From Moniliella sp. 'wahieum' (Eukaryota): DNA of 64,000 nt. The stretch is taken from positions 434,001 through 498,000 of the forward strand of contig RSEE01000034.1 in NCBI GenBank assembly GCA_003971905.1, read 5' to 3'. A program made the translations under genes and the position numbers. The notes beneath the pieces were generated by a model, which made no database searches, was not told the origin of the DNA, and saw only the letters and a program-made list of their open reading frames with translations. Positions 48,091 to 59,819 of this stretch are shown one piece after another; position 1 is the first letter of the stretch, and each line of letters begins with the position of its first letter.

Positions 48091-50955
48091 TTAAACCTCG
48101 TTGTACTTTTGAGCCGTGGGCAAGTCATGGGACGTGTGGTACGACACACCCGAACCCATCACCCGAGGCATGTCGTGTCGCCGCCCCGGGGCCGGAGTGA
48201 TGTGGAACGAGCGCCGCCGGTGGGGGTGGGTGAGGGGATCATCTTCCTCCCCTGCCGATTCATGCAAGGTGGCCGGGACATCGGGCTCGATCAGTGCCGC
48301 CTCACTCGGCCTGCCCACGTCGGAGAGCGAACGACGTTGGGCCTCGGCTAGCTCGGCAGCTTCACGGGCAGCCAGCGCGCGCTCCCGCTCGCTCCGGCCT
48401 TCCTCTCCCCTGCGACGACGACGCCGGCGGGGCAGCGTGATGAATTTGGGCATGACCCGTACGTCCAGGTCTAGCGCAACATTCGTCGCCGCTTGCAGGG
48501 CTTCAATCCACGCCACCACATGCGCCTGATCGCAGCACTGGATCAGGAACTGTTCGCCACCCAGACGAACGCGCACCACATTTTTCCGCTTAATGTAGTC
48601 GGCCGCCAAACCCGATTCGGCGCGTTGGAGCGAGTAGGTTTTGCTCAAGTTGGCCCCATACGGGTCCGGCCCTGAAGCGTAGGTGTTGATATAGGTGCCA
48701 TGCTGGATCGAAGCTAGCATCGCGTCCGGTGCGTCTGTCATGGCCTTGCGTTGCGCCTCGGTTCCCAACCCGGCATGCTCCGACGTGCCGTCCGATCCGG
48801 GATTTGGGCCGCCGCCCAGATGGCCAATAGCGACGTGAGAATGACGCTGGAACGCGCCACGGGCCGAGTGGGCGGCATGGGACGCTGTTGCCGCCACACC
48901 CGATGTGGCCGTCGAGTTGGATGCCGAGCTTTCATTTTCATTGATCGGGTCGGAATGGACGTGGGTGCCAGCCATGGGTTGGAAGGCGGCGATGGCGACT
49001 GCACGAGGAACCAAGGCGCTCATGTCGCCCTTGTAGACTTTGAGGAAGGTACCATGTAGGACAAAGTAGTACCTCCGCCAACTCCGATCGCGCGACTGGA
49101 CCCCTGGCGCCGAAAATTCCATCTTGCGCGCCAGGTAGCCTTCAATGTGCACCCCCGTTACGTATTGCGGTAGCGGCTCCTGCCCTTCCTCTTCCCGAGG
49201 GAGAATGTGCTGGCTGTGGAACACGTCGGATGAGTAGCTAGGTGGAGCTGCGTCCAGGGCCGACATGGACTTGCGTCCAGATTTGGGCGATCCGGCCCCC
49301 GTTCTGCCTCACCCCCCCCAGACGAAACAGGCTGGGGCATAGTGTGCACCCCTTCGTCCTCTGGTGAGGTGGCATGCGAGCTGCCCCCAGTGGTACTGTT
49401 GCCGCGCAACGAATCGCCCGTGGTCTGAACCGAGTCCCCACTGGAGATCGAGGCGGTTTGGCTCGTCGGTTCAGGCCGAACCAAGGCGCTCCTCCTCACC
49501 CCACCCGCTGCTTCAGCTCGTGTTGCTGCCGTTGCACTGCCACGTGCATTCGGCTGCAAATAGAACTCACCCATGGAGCGCGACAGGCCCGGTCGCAGAG
49601 TCCCATGAGGGTTTGGGGGGGCAGGAGGGTTGGAAATCAGGCCCGAGGGAACGGTAACAGGCGACTCGGGCGCCGAGACAGTTGGTAATCGAACAGACTC
49701 GGGGGCATGTGCAGGCACAGGTGCCGGCGCCGATACAGGGACCGGCAACGCAACTTGTCCCATTTCTCGAGATGGCGTAGGGGTGAGAGAGAGCGCAGCA
49801 GAAATGGCCGAACCACGGCGGGATGTGGGCGCAGCGTGGAGACCAGGGGCCAGTTGGCGCGAAGGCACAGGTTGGATGGGAGCAAACCCACCGCCTAGCG
49901 AGGCCAATGCCGAAGCCATTTGCTGTCGACGTACTTCAGCGGGGACCTGTTGCGCACTATCGTCCGGTGTTCGCAGCCGACGCGACACGGTGATCAGGGG
50001 GGGGAAGGGGGTGGCTCGTGGCCGGTAGGCGCACTGCCGCTTTTGGCCAGGGCACGCGAGGCAGCCGGCCCATGCCCTGTACTGGCAATAGGCACGAGGG
50101 AGAAATAATCTGCCTCAGATCCGGCGGTGGGCGGTGCAGCGGAAGCGACAACACTCGTTCGGCGCGATCCGGGTGCACCAGGCGGTTGGGAGGTGAAGCG
50201 GACCCAGTTCACCCGCCCCACCCGCACCTCTTTGCCATAGATCGCCAAGCCAGCCGAGTCGGGATTGGAGGGCCGAGTGCCCATATGCAAAGAGGCGTTG
50301 GCCAAGGTTGGCGTGGTGGGGACAGGACTTGGATGATGGTAAAAGTAGTAGAACGCACCGGTTCTGTAGAGGGGGGACTGGGGAGATTAGGGGCGGACTC
50401 GTCGTCAGAGGAGCTGTCGGACGAATCTGTCAACTCTTGCGACTCGATAGAGGCACGATGCCCATCGTGGTCGGATCCTGACAGACGACCGAACGATGGA
50501 TCGAAGTTGATTTGAGGGAGTTGATGGAGCGGATCGCGCCGGCTTCTGGGGGGGGGCGATTTACCAGGTCATAAGAAGGCCGGGCAGCACAGGGAGGCGA
50601 GGGGGGTCCTGAATGTGGAGGGTAGAGGGAAAGAGGAGGCACAGTCAGTAGATACGCGTGACAGGGAAGAGTGGGACGGAGGATGGGCAGGCGTACGGAG
50701 ATGATGGGTGAGATGAAAATGGGCGTTATGCTGCTCACCAACTAGACTTGGTTTGCGGCGGTCAGACGGGATGGGAGGAGGCGGAGGGGGGGATGGGGAT
50801 TTGGACAAGTGGGGCGCACGGGTACGGCGAAAGGCGCTGGAGATGCGGGGGGACAGGCGGATGTCGACACTGCGGCGGATGGGGAGGGAGAAGGGCTGCT
50901 GGAAGGGAGTGGAAGACGGTGGGGGCGGGGCTGGGGCTGAGGGAGGAATGGTCAT
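48091..50955 (-). CDS. PH-domain protein (YHR131C/YNL144C-like) with long disordered N-terminus
   Basis: LPREEEGQEPLPQY, EGYLARKMEF, RSWRRYYFVLHGT, YSLQRAESGLAADYIKRKNVVRVR..EQFL and WIEALQA motifs; N-terminal part broken by indels. Confidence 0.8.
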
Positions 50956-51455
50956 CGCCGTCGCCGTCGGGGGGAGGAGCGGTGGAGGCGCGAGTGAGGG
51001 CGCAGGAAGCTGAGCGACGGCATAAGAGCCTCAGATGCAGCTGGACGGCAGGAGCAGGACCCAGAGTGGAGGGAGGGAGATGGAGATGGAGGTGGGAGAG
51101 AGGAGAGGAGACGAAGGGGGTGAAGATGTGGGTATGGGAGGCTCAGCGAGCAGGGGCCGGCGCAGGGCCCGTTGTGGCAGCAGGGCACAGCACATGCTAC
51201 GTCCACAGAGTATTGACTTAGCCTGACGCCTGAATATGGAATTCAATGCTTGAATATGCAATTCAACGCTGGGTGTGAACGCGTGATGTGTGACGGGAAA
51301 AGCTGCAGGCCACCAGAATGGTCGGCGCGGCACACTGCTCTTGCGCCTGATGCACGATGTACACTGGCCTGAGGCGGGAGGTCTGGTGCCACGTGAGCGC
51401 GTGAGCGAGGTACCTCGGTATCTGGCGAGCGCCAGGAGGCCGAGGGCCAGAAAGG

Positions 51456-51479
51456 TCACCGGTCACCGGTCACCGGTCA
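51456..51479. repeat. (TCA CCGG)x3 TCA array
   Basis: Read directly; upstream of the PH-domain gene. Confidence 0.92.
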
Positions 51480-52141
51480 CCACTTATGAAACTGCATGGG
51501 TGACTGTCGCAGATTACAGGCTTTTCCAGGCCGCAGACGCCACGCCAGGTAGGCTGCAGCGCGCACGGGGCAGCACGCAGGCCAGCGCTGCTGGGCCTGC
51601 AGCACAGACACAACTGGGGTGGAGGGTGTAGGCTTGGGGCACCCGGGGAGCTAGAGAGGCGGCAGCCATTCGACAGTCCATTAGGCAGGAGGCTGGCGCG
51701 CTTGAAGCTTGAAGCTTAATCGTGACTCGGACAGACTCTGAATCTAACTCCTCCGGACTGGTACTTTAGGCTAAAGCCTTAGGTCTTGATCTTAGAGAAG
51801 CGTGGGTTCTCAGTCTGAGATCTCTGAGATGATCGATGGTTCGGAGATGGGAGGATCGAGGACTGGAAGACAGTAAGTGATGACATCGATGACATCTTGT
51901 TGCGCTAGTGCAGGCGTCACCTGGTCCCCCAGCACTTTGCAGCCCCTCTCCCGGCCCCTTGTGCGTTCATTCGATGTGCGGCCGTCGATGCCTCGGACCA
52001 TCGACCATCGACCATCGACCACTGACCACCGACCATCGACCCCACCGACCATCGATCATCGATCACTCGATCGCTGGCCATCTGTCGTTGAAACGTTCAA
52101 CTAACATCGATCATTAACATTATGCATTAAGATTCGGCCCA

Positions 52142-52179
52142 TCATGCATCATGCATCATGCATCAGATCTGATCGATGA
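52142..52179. repeat. Mixed array (TCA TGCA)x3 TCA GATC TGA TCGA TGA
   Basis: Read directly; six TNA triplets at exact 7-bp period. Confidence 0.93.
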
Positions 52180-52739
52180 TCTCAGAAAACCTCGAGGGGG
52201 CAACGATTGCAGGGAAACTGCAGAAGGTGCAACACACTCCTAAAGAATCGACGCAAGTCAATGCCCCCAATTTTCAAGTGGAGAGAAACATAGCGTCTTC
52301 CCGCGCTGGCGGCCTAACCGCCTGAATGTAACCTAGCATCAGTAACTAGTAACGGGATGTACTCAACCTGGACCTACTATAAAACCTCCAGAACACTACT
52401 AGTCCTTTCTTTTTCCCCTTCCCTCACGCGCCTCACGATGCCTTCCTGGAGGCGATGTTGTACGATATATACTCTCACTAGCGAGGCTCACGGGGCTCAC
52501 TACACTCCTAGTTATATACAGGCTCCGCAACACAGCAATTACAACCAATGTCCCAACCGCACGTTACTAGTATAGTCCCCGCCCAACACTAACCCTCAAC
52601 AGTCTCTTTGGGTACATATATGATGGCAATACTCAGTACTCACTGCGCGTCACGTAGCAAGTTTTCCATACAAGAACTAACCCGTTCAACGATCTCATTC
52701 AGTGAAGAGGTATAGTTGAGCCCGCACCTTGCAGAGCTG

Positions 52740-53100
52740 TCAAATTAAGATCCTTCTGATACGTAGGAAGCTTCGAAGTTGACAACAGAACATCTTGCCC
52801 CCTTCAACGCGCCGACGGCCGGGAGGCCGCTTTGGCATAACCCAGGTCAAATTCTGCTCGGCATCAATCTTCACATGCATCACAGGAAGTTCTCAAAGTT
52901 CTTAGCTATGGGCTTGATTAGTCGGTTGGTTGGTACTAGCTGGGAAGGTGCAGACTTGTGGTTCGGCAAGTATATATCGTCTTTCCTCCAGCATAGCCAT
53001 GCATGGGACAAATTAAGAGGCATCCGAATGGCTGGAAGCAATGCAGTGAAGAACGAGTGGCCCAAAGCGAGCTTTGGCAAGCAACAGCGACATATGTAAC
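52740..53100 (+). pseudogene. Possible short-chain dehydrogenase remnant
   Basis: *EASKL (TAG at 52764 where the YxxxK Tyr would be), then HNPG, WEGA and GKY, with AQSELWQAT in an adjacent frame. Confidence 0.35.
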
Positions 53101-53136
53101 CAGGAGTTTAGGGAACGGAGACAGGAGGTGAACCAT

Positions 53137-54509
53137 TAATCGTACAAATACGTGTGTTCCTCAAAGAGGGTGCCCTCCACCGTGTTGGTCCCCGCCTGGA
53201 GCTCGCCCATCGCTTCAGGCAGCTCGAGTGTGAGCTTGGCCGGGTTGATCGTCTGGTACACGTACGGTTTGAGCCCGGCGCCGCGTACGAAATGATCTTC
53301 TTGACCAGGTACGGGATCTCGGCCAAAACGTCGACCTTATCCACCAGACCCGGCGCATCGGACGAGGGGTAAGGCGGGCTGAGAGCGACGACCACATCCG
53401 CCTTGACGGCCTTGTCCGTCTGCGCTTGAGGCTCGGCGCTGTCGGTGAGTGCAGGTCCATCCCAGTGGTACGCAATCTCAGTCGGGCACATGGTACCCCG
53501 TGTCGGCATCGAGAGTAGGCTTATCATGTTGAACAAAGCCTTGAGGTGCGCATCGGCATCTTATCCATCAATGGTACGCCCGGCCGCCCACGCGTGGCAG
53601 CCACAACCGCTGTCAACCGTCCGCCAACCGAGATGCTACCGATCGTCACGGCCAGGGGGTGGCGCGTGGTGGCCACTGGGTTGGCCGGGTCTTTCTCGGC
53701 GCTGCCCTCGTCCGGATCGCCATAGGAGGCAATCGTGGTGAATTCCATCATGATCGCAGTTGCTTGAGGCGATTGGAAGTTGGCAAAGTTCCACTTGGAT
53801 GCCACCAGGTTGGGCCGCATGCCTTGGATGGCATGGATAAACATGCCTTGGCCCGCGCCGTCAACGACAGCGCCATTGGCCAGGATCACACCCTCCGTCT
53901 TGGCCACGGGCCAGAAGGCATGGAACACGTACCCGTCCGGCTCGGCGTTGGGGGTCGGCGGGGGCTGAGGGCCAAAGATGCTCTTGCCGCCCTGTGGGCC
54001 CGCTCCAATCTTCCAGCCCTTGCTTTCGGCAGGGCGAATAAAAGACCAGCTCAGTTGCACCTCGGCGTCGTACGTGACATCCAGCACAAATTTCTCGTCG
54101 CCGTTGGGAAGGGTGACAAAGTCAACGTGCAACTGGTCCGACTTGCACGTCCGCTTGTCGTTCGACTTGGGCGCCGGGGACACAAACTTGGTTACGCTCA
54201 CGCTCTTCCAGATCTTGGCGTGCGTCTTGGGATTGTAGAGCTTGAAGGTGACCTGGATCTGAGGGAACGGGATGCCGATGGCGCTGTGGATGATCTGGGC
54301 GGAGACGAGGGAGCCGTCGGGGAGGATGCTGTACCAGGTGAAGGTCTCGGTGGTAAAGCCGCTGGCCTGGACCCAGCTGAGGTCGGCGGGGTGAGCGCGC
54401 CAAAGAGCTGGTTCTGGGGAGTGTCGCTGATGGGCTTGAAATTGGGGTTGTGCGTGGCGGCCTCGACGGCAGCGGGATCGGGCGTAGAGCCCCAGAGCCA
54501 GGAGGACAT
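53137..54509 (-). CDS. SVF1: Survival factor 1 (Svf1) family protein
   Basis: TETFTWY, AQIIHS, GYVFHAFWP, FIHAIQGMRPNLVASKWNFANFQS, MMEFTT and KVDVLAEIPYLVK motifs. Confidence 0.9.
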
Positions 54510-56873
54510 GATGGGAGAGGAAGCGACGGAAGGAGGAGAAGCGAGGGGCAGGAAGCGAACCAACCAAACGACGGCGCACGATCGAGCTGCAAGCTTCAAG
54601 CGCCCAGCCAAACAGGCCAAACAAGCCAACAAGCCAAACTCAGCCTGGGCCAAAGCAGGCCAAAGCACCGCGGCCCAACGACTGCGCACTCAGCAGCTGA
54701 CGTAACACTGTTGCGCGCGCGCGCCCGCCTCGCCTGAAAGTTGAAATGAAACGATGGGGCACGGGGGCAGTGGACAGCCGCGTGCGGAGGAGGAATGGGT
54801 CTCAGAAATCGCAGTGGTGCGCGTGCGCGTGAGCGATGACGCGGGCGACGGGATCGGGCACGCAAGCACTGTCCCCCCCCGCCGCCGGCTGACTCGGCGC
54901 AGCGCCAGTGGGAATGGGGTCATTTACAACTCAGGAACTCAGTACTCACGCCGCCCCGTCGTGGGGGCGACGGCCAGCGACCACTCGTCGCTCGTCGTTG
55001 CGCGGGCGTTACAACACGCATCCGTCGTCATGCATCCCGATGAATACAGAAGCTTCCCACCACGCGCCACACCACCCACCATCAGGAAATCCCCTCACCT
55101 ACTCCCATTGTTAAGCATGGCCTCGGCCAACGTCGCTTCCGCCTCTTGGTCCCGCCCTTCGTTCCGCGCCTCTGTTCGGCTTCGCTGATCTCTTCTTATA
55201 TCTTCTCTTCAAGCTTCAGGTCCAACGCTATTCTCACTGCCGACATAGTCTCCTGCACAATCCCCACTCCCGTGGCTCCGTGCATCCTGTTGATTTCTTA
55301 TCCAGCCTGTTGAGCCACCGGGTGGCTCGTGCTTTAGCCAACGTCCCTTCAGTTCCTCCTCAGGCCTACTCGGAGTTCCGTTGTCTTCTCTCTCTCCTGC
55401 TTTTCGTTGTTCGACAGCTTAGCCCCTGGTACCGGCTTGCTGCTTACCTTGAAGCTTGATGTTCCTCTGTAGGCATTGCTGGCTGGCTTAGTTCAGCACC
55501 ACTACCATCAGTGCAATTGCATCACACCCTCGACGACCATCTGGACTCCAGTCTCATCAGAGTTGCAACTCTTCTTCGCTCATCCACTGAGCAACGGTGA
55601 TCGACCTGCACTTCCCATTCCCATCGCCTCACACTACCTATGCCCAACCACCTCCTTCGGCGTATTTCATCAACAATGACGCCATTCCACTTCCTACCCC
55701 TCACCTTTCGGAACCGGACTAGGCCGACCAACACCTTCCGTCTCCTTTTCCTATTAAAGAAGGTATTACCTTCGAACATGCCTCGCAGCTGGTGAAAGAA
55801 CAACTTAGCCAATACCAGATCCTTTACCATATTCTTGAGGGTCACAAACCTCTGTTGGTGGCCAAGAAGGGCCATGAGTCTGTGATTGTCAAGGCCATCT
55901 CACCCATATTTCAGGCCAACTCTCATCTCTCGAGCAAATGATCGTGAAAATGATCGGCGATCCTGCTAGGCGGATTCCCAGCGATCCGTCTTCCCAGACG
56001 ACTGTCGTGCGCCACTACGGCGAGCTGCGTAACGTGTTCCACCGTACTTTGGTGCATTTTTGCGAACCGTGTTGGTTCTCCGCTTCTTCCCATCAGCAAC
56101 CTTCCGCAACATCCAAACCGGTGGATCCTGTCCTACGTCCACGACCAATCGAGTCACCAGTGCCTCACGATGAACCGCTTATTGATATTCCTGTGGCGAC
56201 AAAGACATCACCTCCTGCACCCCCAGTTGGTGGAGATATGATGTCTTCATTGGCTATGCTCAGTTGGTCTTGTCTATGGAACGCCTCATGGATGTGGCTG
56301 AGAAACCTTTAGCGACAGCTCGACCCCACTGGCATTGCCCTTCCTGTATTCTCTTGCATGCCACCAGTCTTACTTTTCACACTGAGTGGGGGGATCGTTC
56401 ATTCCCCTCTTCCCTTGGATCTGTAACCTTTAACTTCACCACCCCATTGGCTTCCTGGGGTATCATCCGCGTCATCCCAAGGCAACATTCACAGCCTGTA
56501 TAGCACCAGCACGATGCGCTTTTCATACCGCACCCAGCCAAGAAGACATGAAGCTGGGGTTGTCCCCTGGGTCCAAAGTCATTAACAAGGTGCCAGACCA
56601 TCATAATATCCACAACGCAGTGCGACTACGCCATGTCCATACCATCATTATACCATACTATGTTTTGACACGGTAGGGTGAGAGGCTGGTGATGGCAAAT
56701 AGCATGAGGGTGGGAACACGAGGAAATTACTTGAGAAAACAAGGTGAAGCCTCCTCCACCTCCTGTTCCCGCGCACAAAATGAGGAAGACACATATGCAA
56801 ATAGCCCTTTTTAAGTCGCAAACGATGGAGGGGGTAAATTGGGCTAGAAGCTCTAGGCACTTGCAAGACGGAA

Positions 56874-58359
56874 TTACTTCGGGCCGGATGTACTAAGGAG
56901 AGCATGCATGTTGCTGAGGATGCCCAAGGCTTGGCCAGTGCTTGCTGGGTCGGGTTTTCTGGCTGTGCCAGGCCACCATGGCGGGCTTATGGGCCCAAGG
57001 GAAGGGCAAATACTCCTGCAAGTATTCAAACGGACGAGCGTTGCGCGAATTGCGGGGAGGAGCGCAGGACTCGAGCCAAAGAACCCTTGAAGAATGCTTT
57101 GGGCCCTTCTTGAGCCAAAATTTTGCGGAAGCAATCTGCCATGCCATTGTACGTCGCTTGCCCTTTGCGTGCCTCCACTTGCAAGCGCGTCTTGATCACA
57201 TCGGCAGGAGTGGTGAAGAAGGCAGCGGGCATACCGCTGATGGCCGCGGCGGCCAGTGTCTCCCCAAAGCCAAGGCGCTTCCCATTGACACCCTCGTGGA
57301 ATGTATCCTTCTTGAGATGAGCATAGGCTGGGAAATAGATCGCGCTGAACGGGATGTCACGCAGCAGGCAGGCCCCAGCGCCCTTGTACAAGCCCCGCAG
57401 GCCCAGATCACGCACAATCTGCACCGCCCCCTGCTTGACAGAAGCAGCGGCACCTTCGGCCGCCTTGGCCATCTCACCCTGGACCTGCAGACGAATTTTG
57501 ACAATCTCTGCGGGAGGAAAGCACAGTCAGCAACGTGTCAAAAATGAGCGATGAACAACGGTCCAAGAAGCGGACATACCGAGGGGATTGGTAAAGATGA
57601 CTTGACAGCCGCCGGCCGTACCACCAGCAACAAGCTCCCATGGCAATGCAATCGCACCCGTAACGGGGTCCTTGGTCTTGGACCGAATCAGGTCGTTGAC
57701 CGTCAACTTGATCGCCTTTTCAGGCGCAACGCCAATCAGCTGCGGCCCAAGCCCGAGTAAAAGCCCCGAAAGCCCTCGTTCCGGAAGACCTGGCGGACAC
57801 AGTCGATGCTGTTCTTGTACATCGGCGCCTCGCCCACGACTGACGTGCGTTGGTTTTGCATCCGCGTTTTGACCAGATCGATGGGGTACACCAGCGTCGC
57901 GCCCACTGAGCCGGCAATGCCGCCCAGAACAAAGTGATAGATTGAGTGGCCAATGTCGTACAGCAGCGACTGGGCGGACTCCTTAGTCAGGTCATGTGGC
58001 TTAGGTGCATGGTCCTCCACCACCAGTTCGCCCTCGGCGTCGGCCTGGACAACTGGGGGTCCGCTAGAAGCGGTGGGTGCCGGCGCACTGACAAAGTCGT
58101 CGGTGATGGTGAGGTGGTGCACCACATCGCTACCACTCTCTTTAGTAGCGTTGGGGTCCACCGCAAGAGCCTGGTAGGTCAAAATCCCGCTCGGGGCGGT
58201 ACGGGTAAGCTGGCGATAAGCCTCGATTTGTTGGGCCAGCTCGGGAGAGGGCGTGGCAGGAGTGCGAACTGTGGCGCTGACGACAAAGGGGTGCTCGGAG
58301 CCCGCCGGGCCGTCGCAGGCCAGCTGCGGCTGCAGGAAAGGGGGCACGAGGGACGACAT
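56874..58359 (-). CDS. AGC1: Mitochondrial carrier, aspartate/glutamate (AGC1/citrin-like)
   Basis: [53 protein letters not shown] and RSSPQF motifs; intron at about 57579-57508; 3' end uncertain. Confidence 0.88.
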
Positions 58360-58757
58360 GGGCAGGTGGAGGGGGAGGGGGGGGGGCGAGAGCGGAGGGA
58401 ACTCAGGCGGAGGGAGGTGGTGGGGGGGCAAGAACGGCTGTGTGGGCGAAGAGCCGAGGCTAGCAGAGCCAAGCAGAGCGGCGAGGCGTGGCGTCGGCGG
58501 CAAGAACGTTTTACGCCAGGCCGCGGGGGATGGGGCGAGTGTGCTTCCGTGTCGTCTGTTTCACCTCGGCGTGTTGTGCCCGGTTGCGCGCTGCGAGCGC
58601 CGCTTTGTCCGTCTGCCGTAATTCCCCGACCACATGCCTTGCGCTTCGACGCTCCGACTTGTCCCGAGCCACACGGGCGCATCACGCGTCACCCGCGTCA
58701 CCCATGCGACTGCCCCGCCACGCCCGCCTGCGGGCTGCCGTGCTGTCCCAGTGCTCT

Positions 58758-58788
58758 TCACATGTCACATGTCACACGTCACATGTCA
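58758..58788. repeat. TCA CATG TCA CATG TCA CACG TCA CATG TCA array
   Basis: Read directly; upstream of the AGC1-like gene. Confidence 0.92.
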
Positions 58789-59819
58789 CCCTTCACGATC
58801 AATCATCGATCGTCGATCAACCACCCAACCCCCCGACCTCCTAACCTGGTTCTACCACTGAGCGGCTCAGTTACACCTCTTGTAAAGTCGGTGCTGGTTA
58901 GCAAGGCCCCAAATGGGTAGTTCAGACAGAAAAGAAAGTCGCTGAGCTTGGCTCTGTTTCCAGGTGCAAACGTCCAACACACATATATACGGGCCTCTTC
59001 TACTGTACTCCTTTCTATAATTTTTCCTTTTGTCGAAGAGGAATGTTCGAAATAGGCGTCAGCGATGGTCATCGAGCCCTCAACTACATCGAGATATCTC
59101 ATCTTGAGCATTGTGGCAACCGCTCATCGCAGCGACCAGCATATAATGTCCCGCGGCCGGCATTATCGCAGCTATCCTCAGAAAAACTTCCGGTCGGACC
59201 AGGTGGAACCACTCCAGCCAGTGACAGGTGACATGCACAACCGGCGCTCGGGAGAAGATCAGAATGCAACCAAAAGCAAAGGTGATGGACCGGCAATGAG
59301 ACATTTCTCTGAGTAGGACAACTGTTGCAGAGACCGCTACTATACCCTTCAAGAGATTCCCCTCCCCGCCGTCGTCAGCGCTCAGCGCGTTCAGCGCCAG
59401 CACTCCTAATATCACTTGTTGTGCTGCACAACTGTGTTTGAGGCCTGTGAGCCTCAGCCTGAGGCCTGAGGGGTTCGCGGTGCAGAAGGGCACCTTGGCC
59501 GCTTTCTGCTTGCGAACATGTGAATGCAAACATTGATGAGTTGAACATGAATAACAGCGTCGAGAGAGAAAACCAGGCGCGGAAAAACTGGCGCCGCAGG
59601 GCGCGGCTCGCAGGTACCAAGCACCAGGTCAGGTAAAGCCGTTACCTCATCTCAGACAGCAACGCGATCAGGACGAGTCCGGTTCTGCTCCTTTATAAGC
59701 GGTTGGAAATGTGCCCAGTCCGTGCGCCCGAATCTTCTGCGCAGTAGCGGAACGGGGAAGAACGGAAAATACGAGGATACTGCATGTCTGCCGCGCTTTC
59801 CTCCCTTCCTCATGGCACC

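Noticed and set aside
2203..58359. Frameshifts in POR1, KRS1, NAP1, CEG1, CCR4, the aminopeptidase, SVF1 and AGC1 as pseudogenes or programmed frameshifting
   Set aside because: They are mostly 1-nt indels at C/G/A runs in conserved or essential genes with intact motifs and no nonsense substitutions, which is typical of unpolished long-read error
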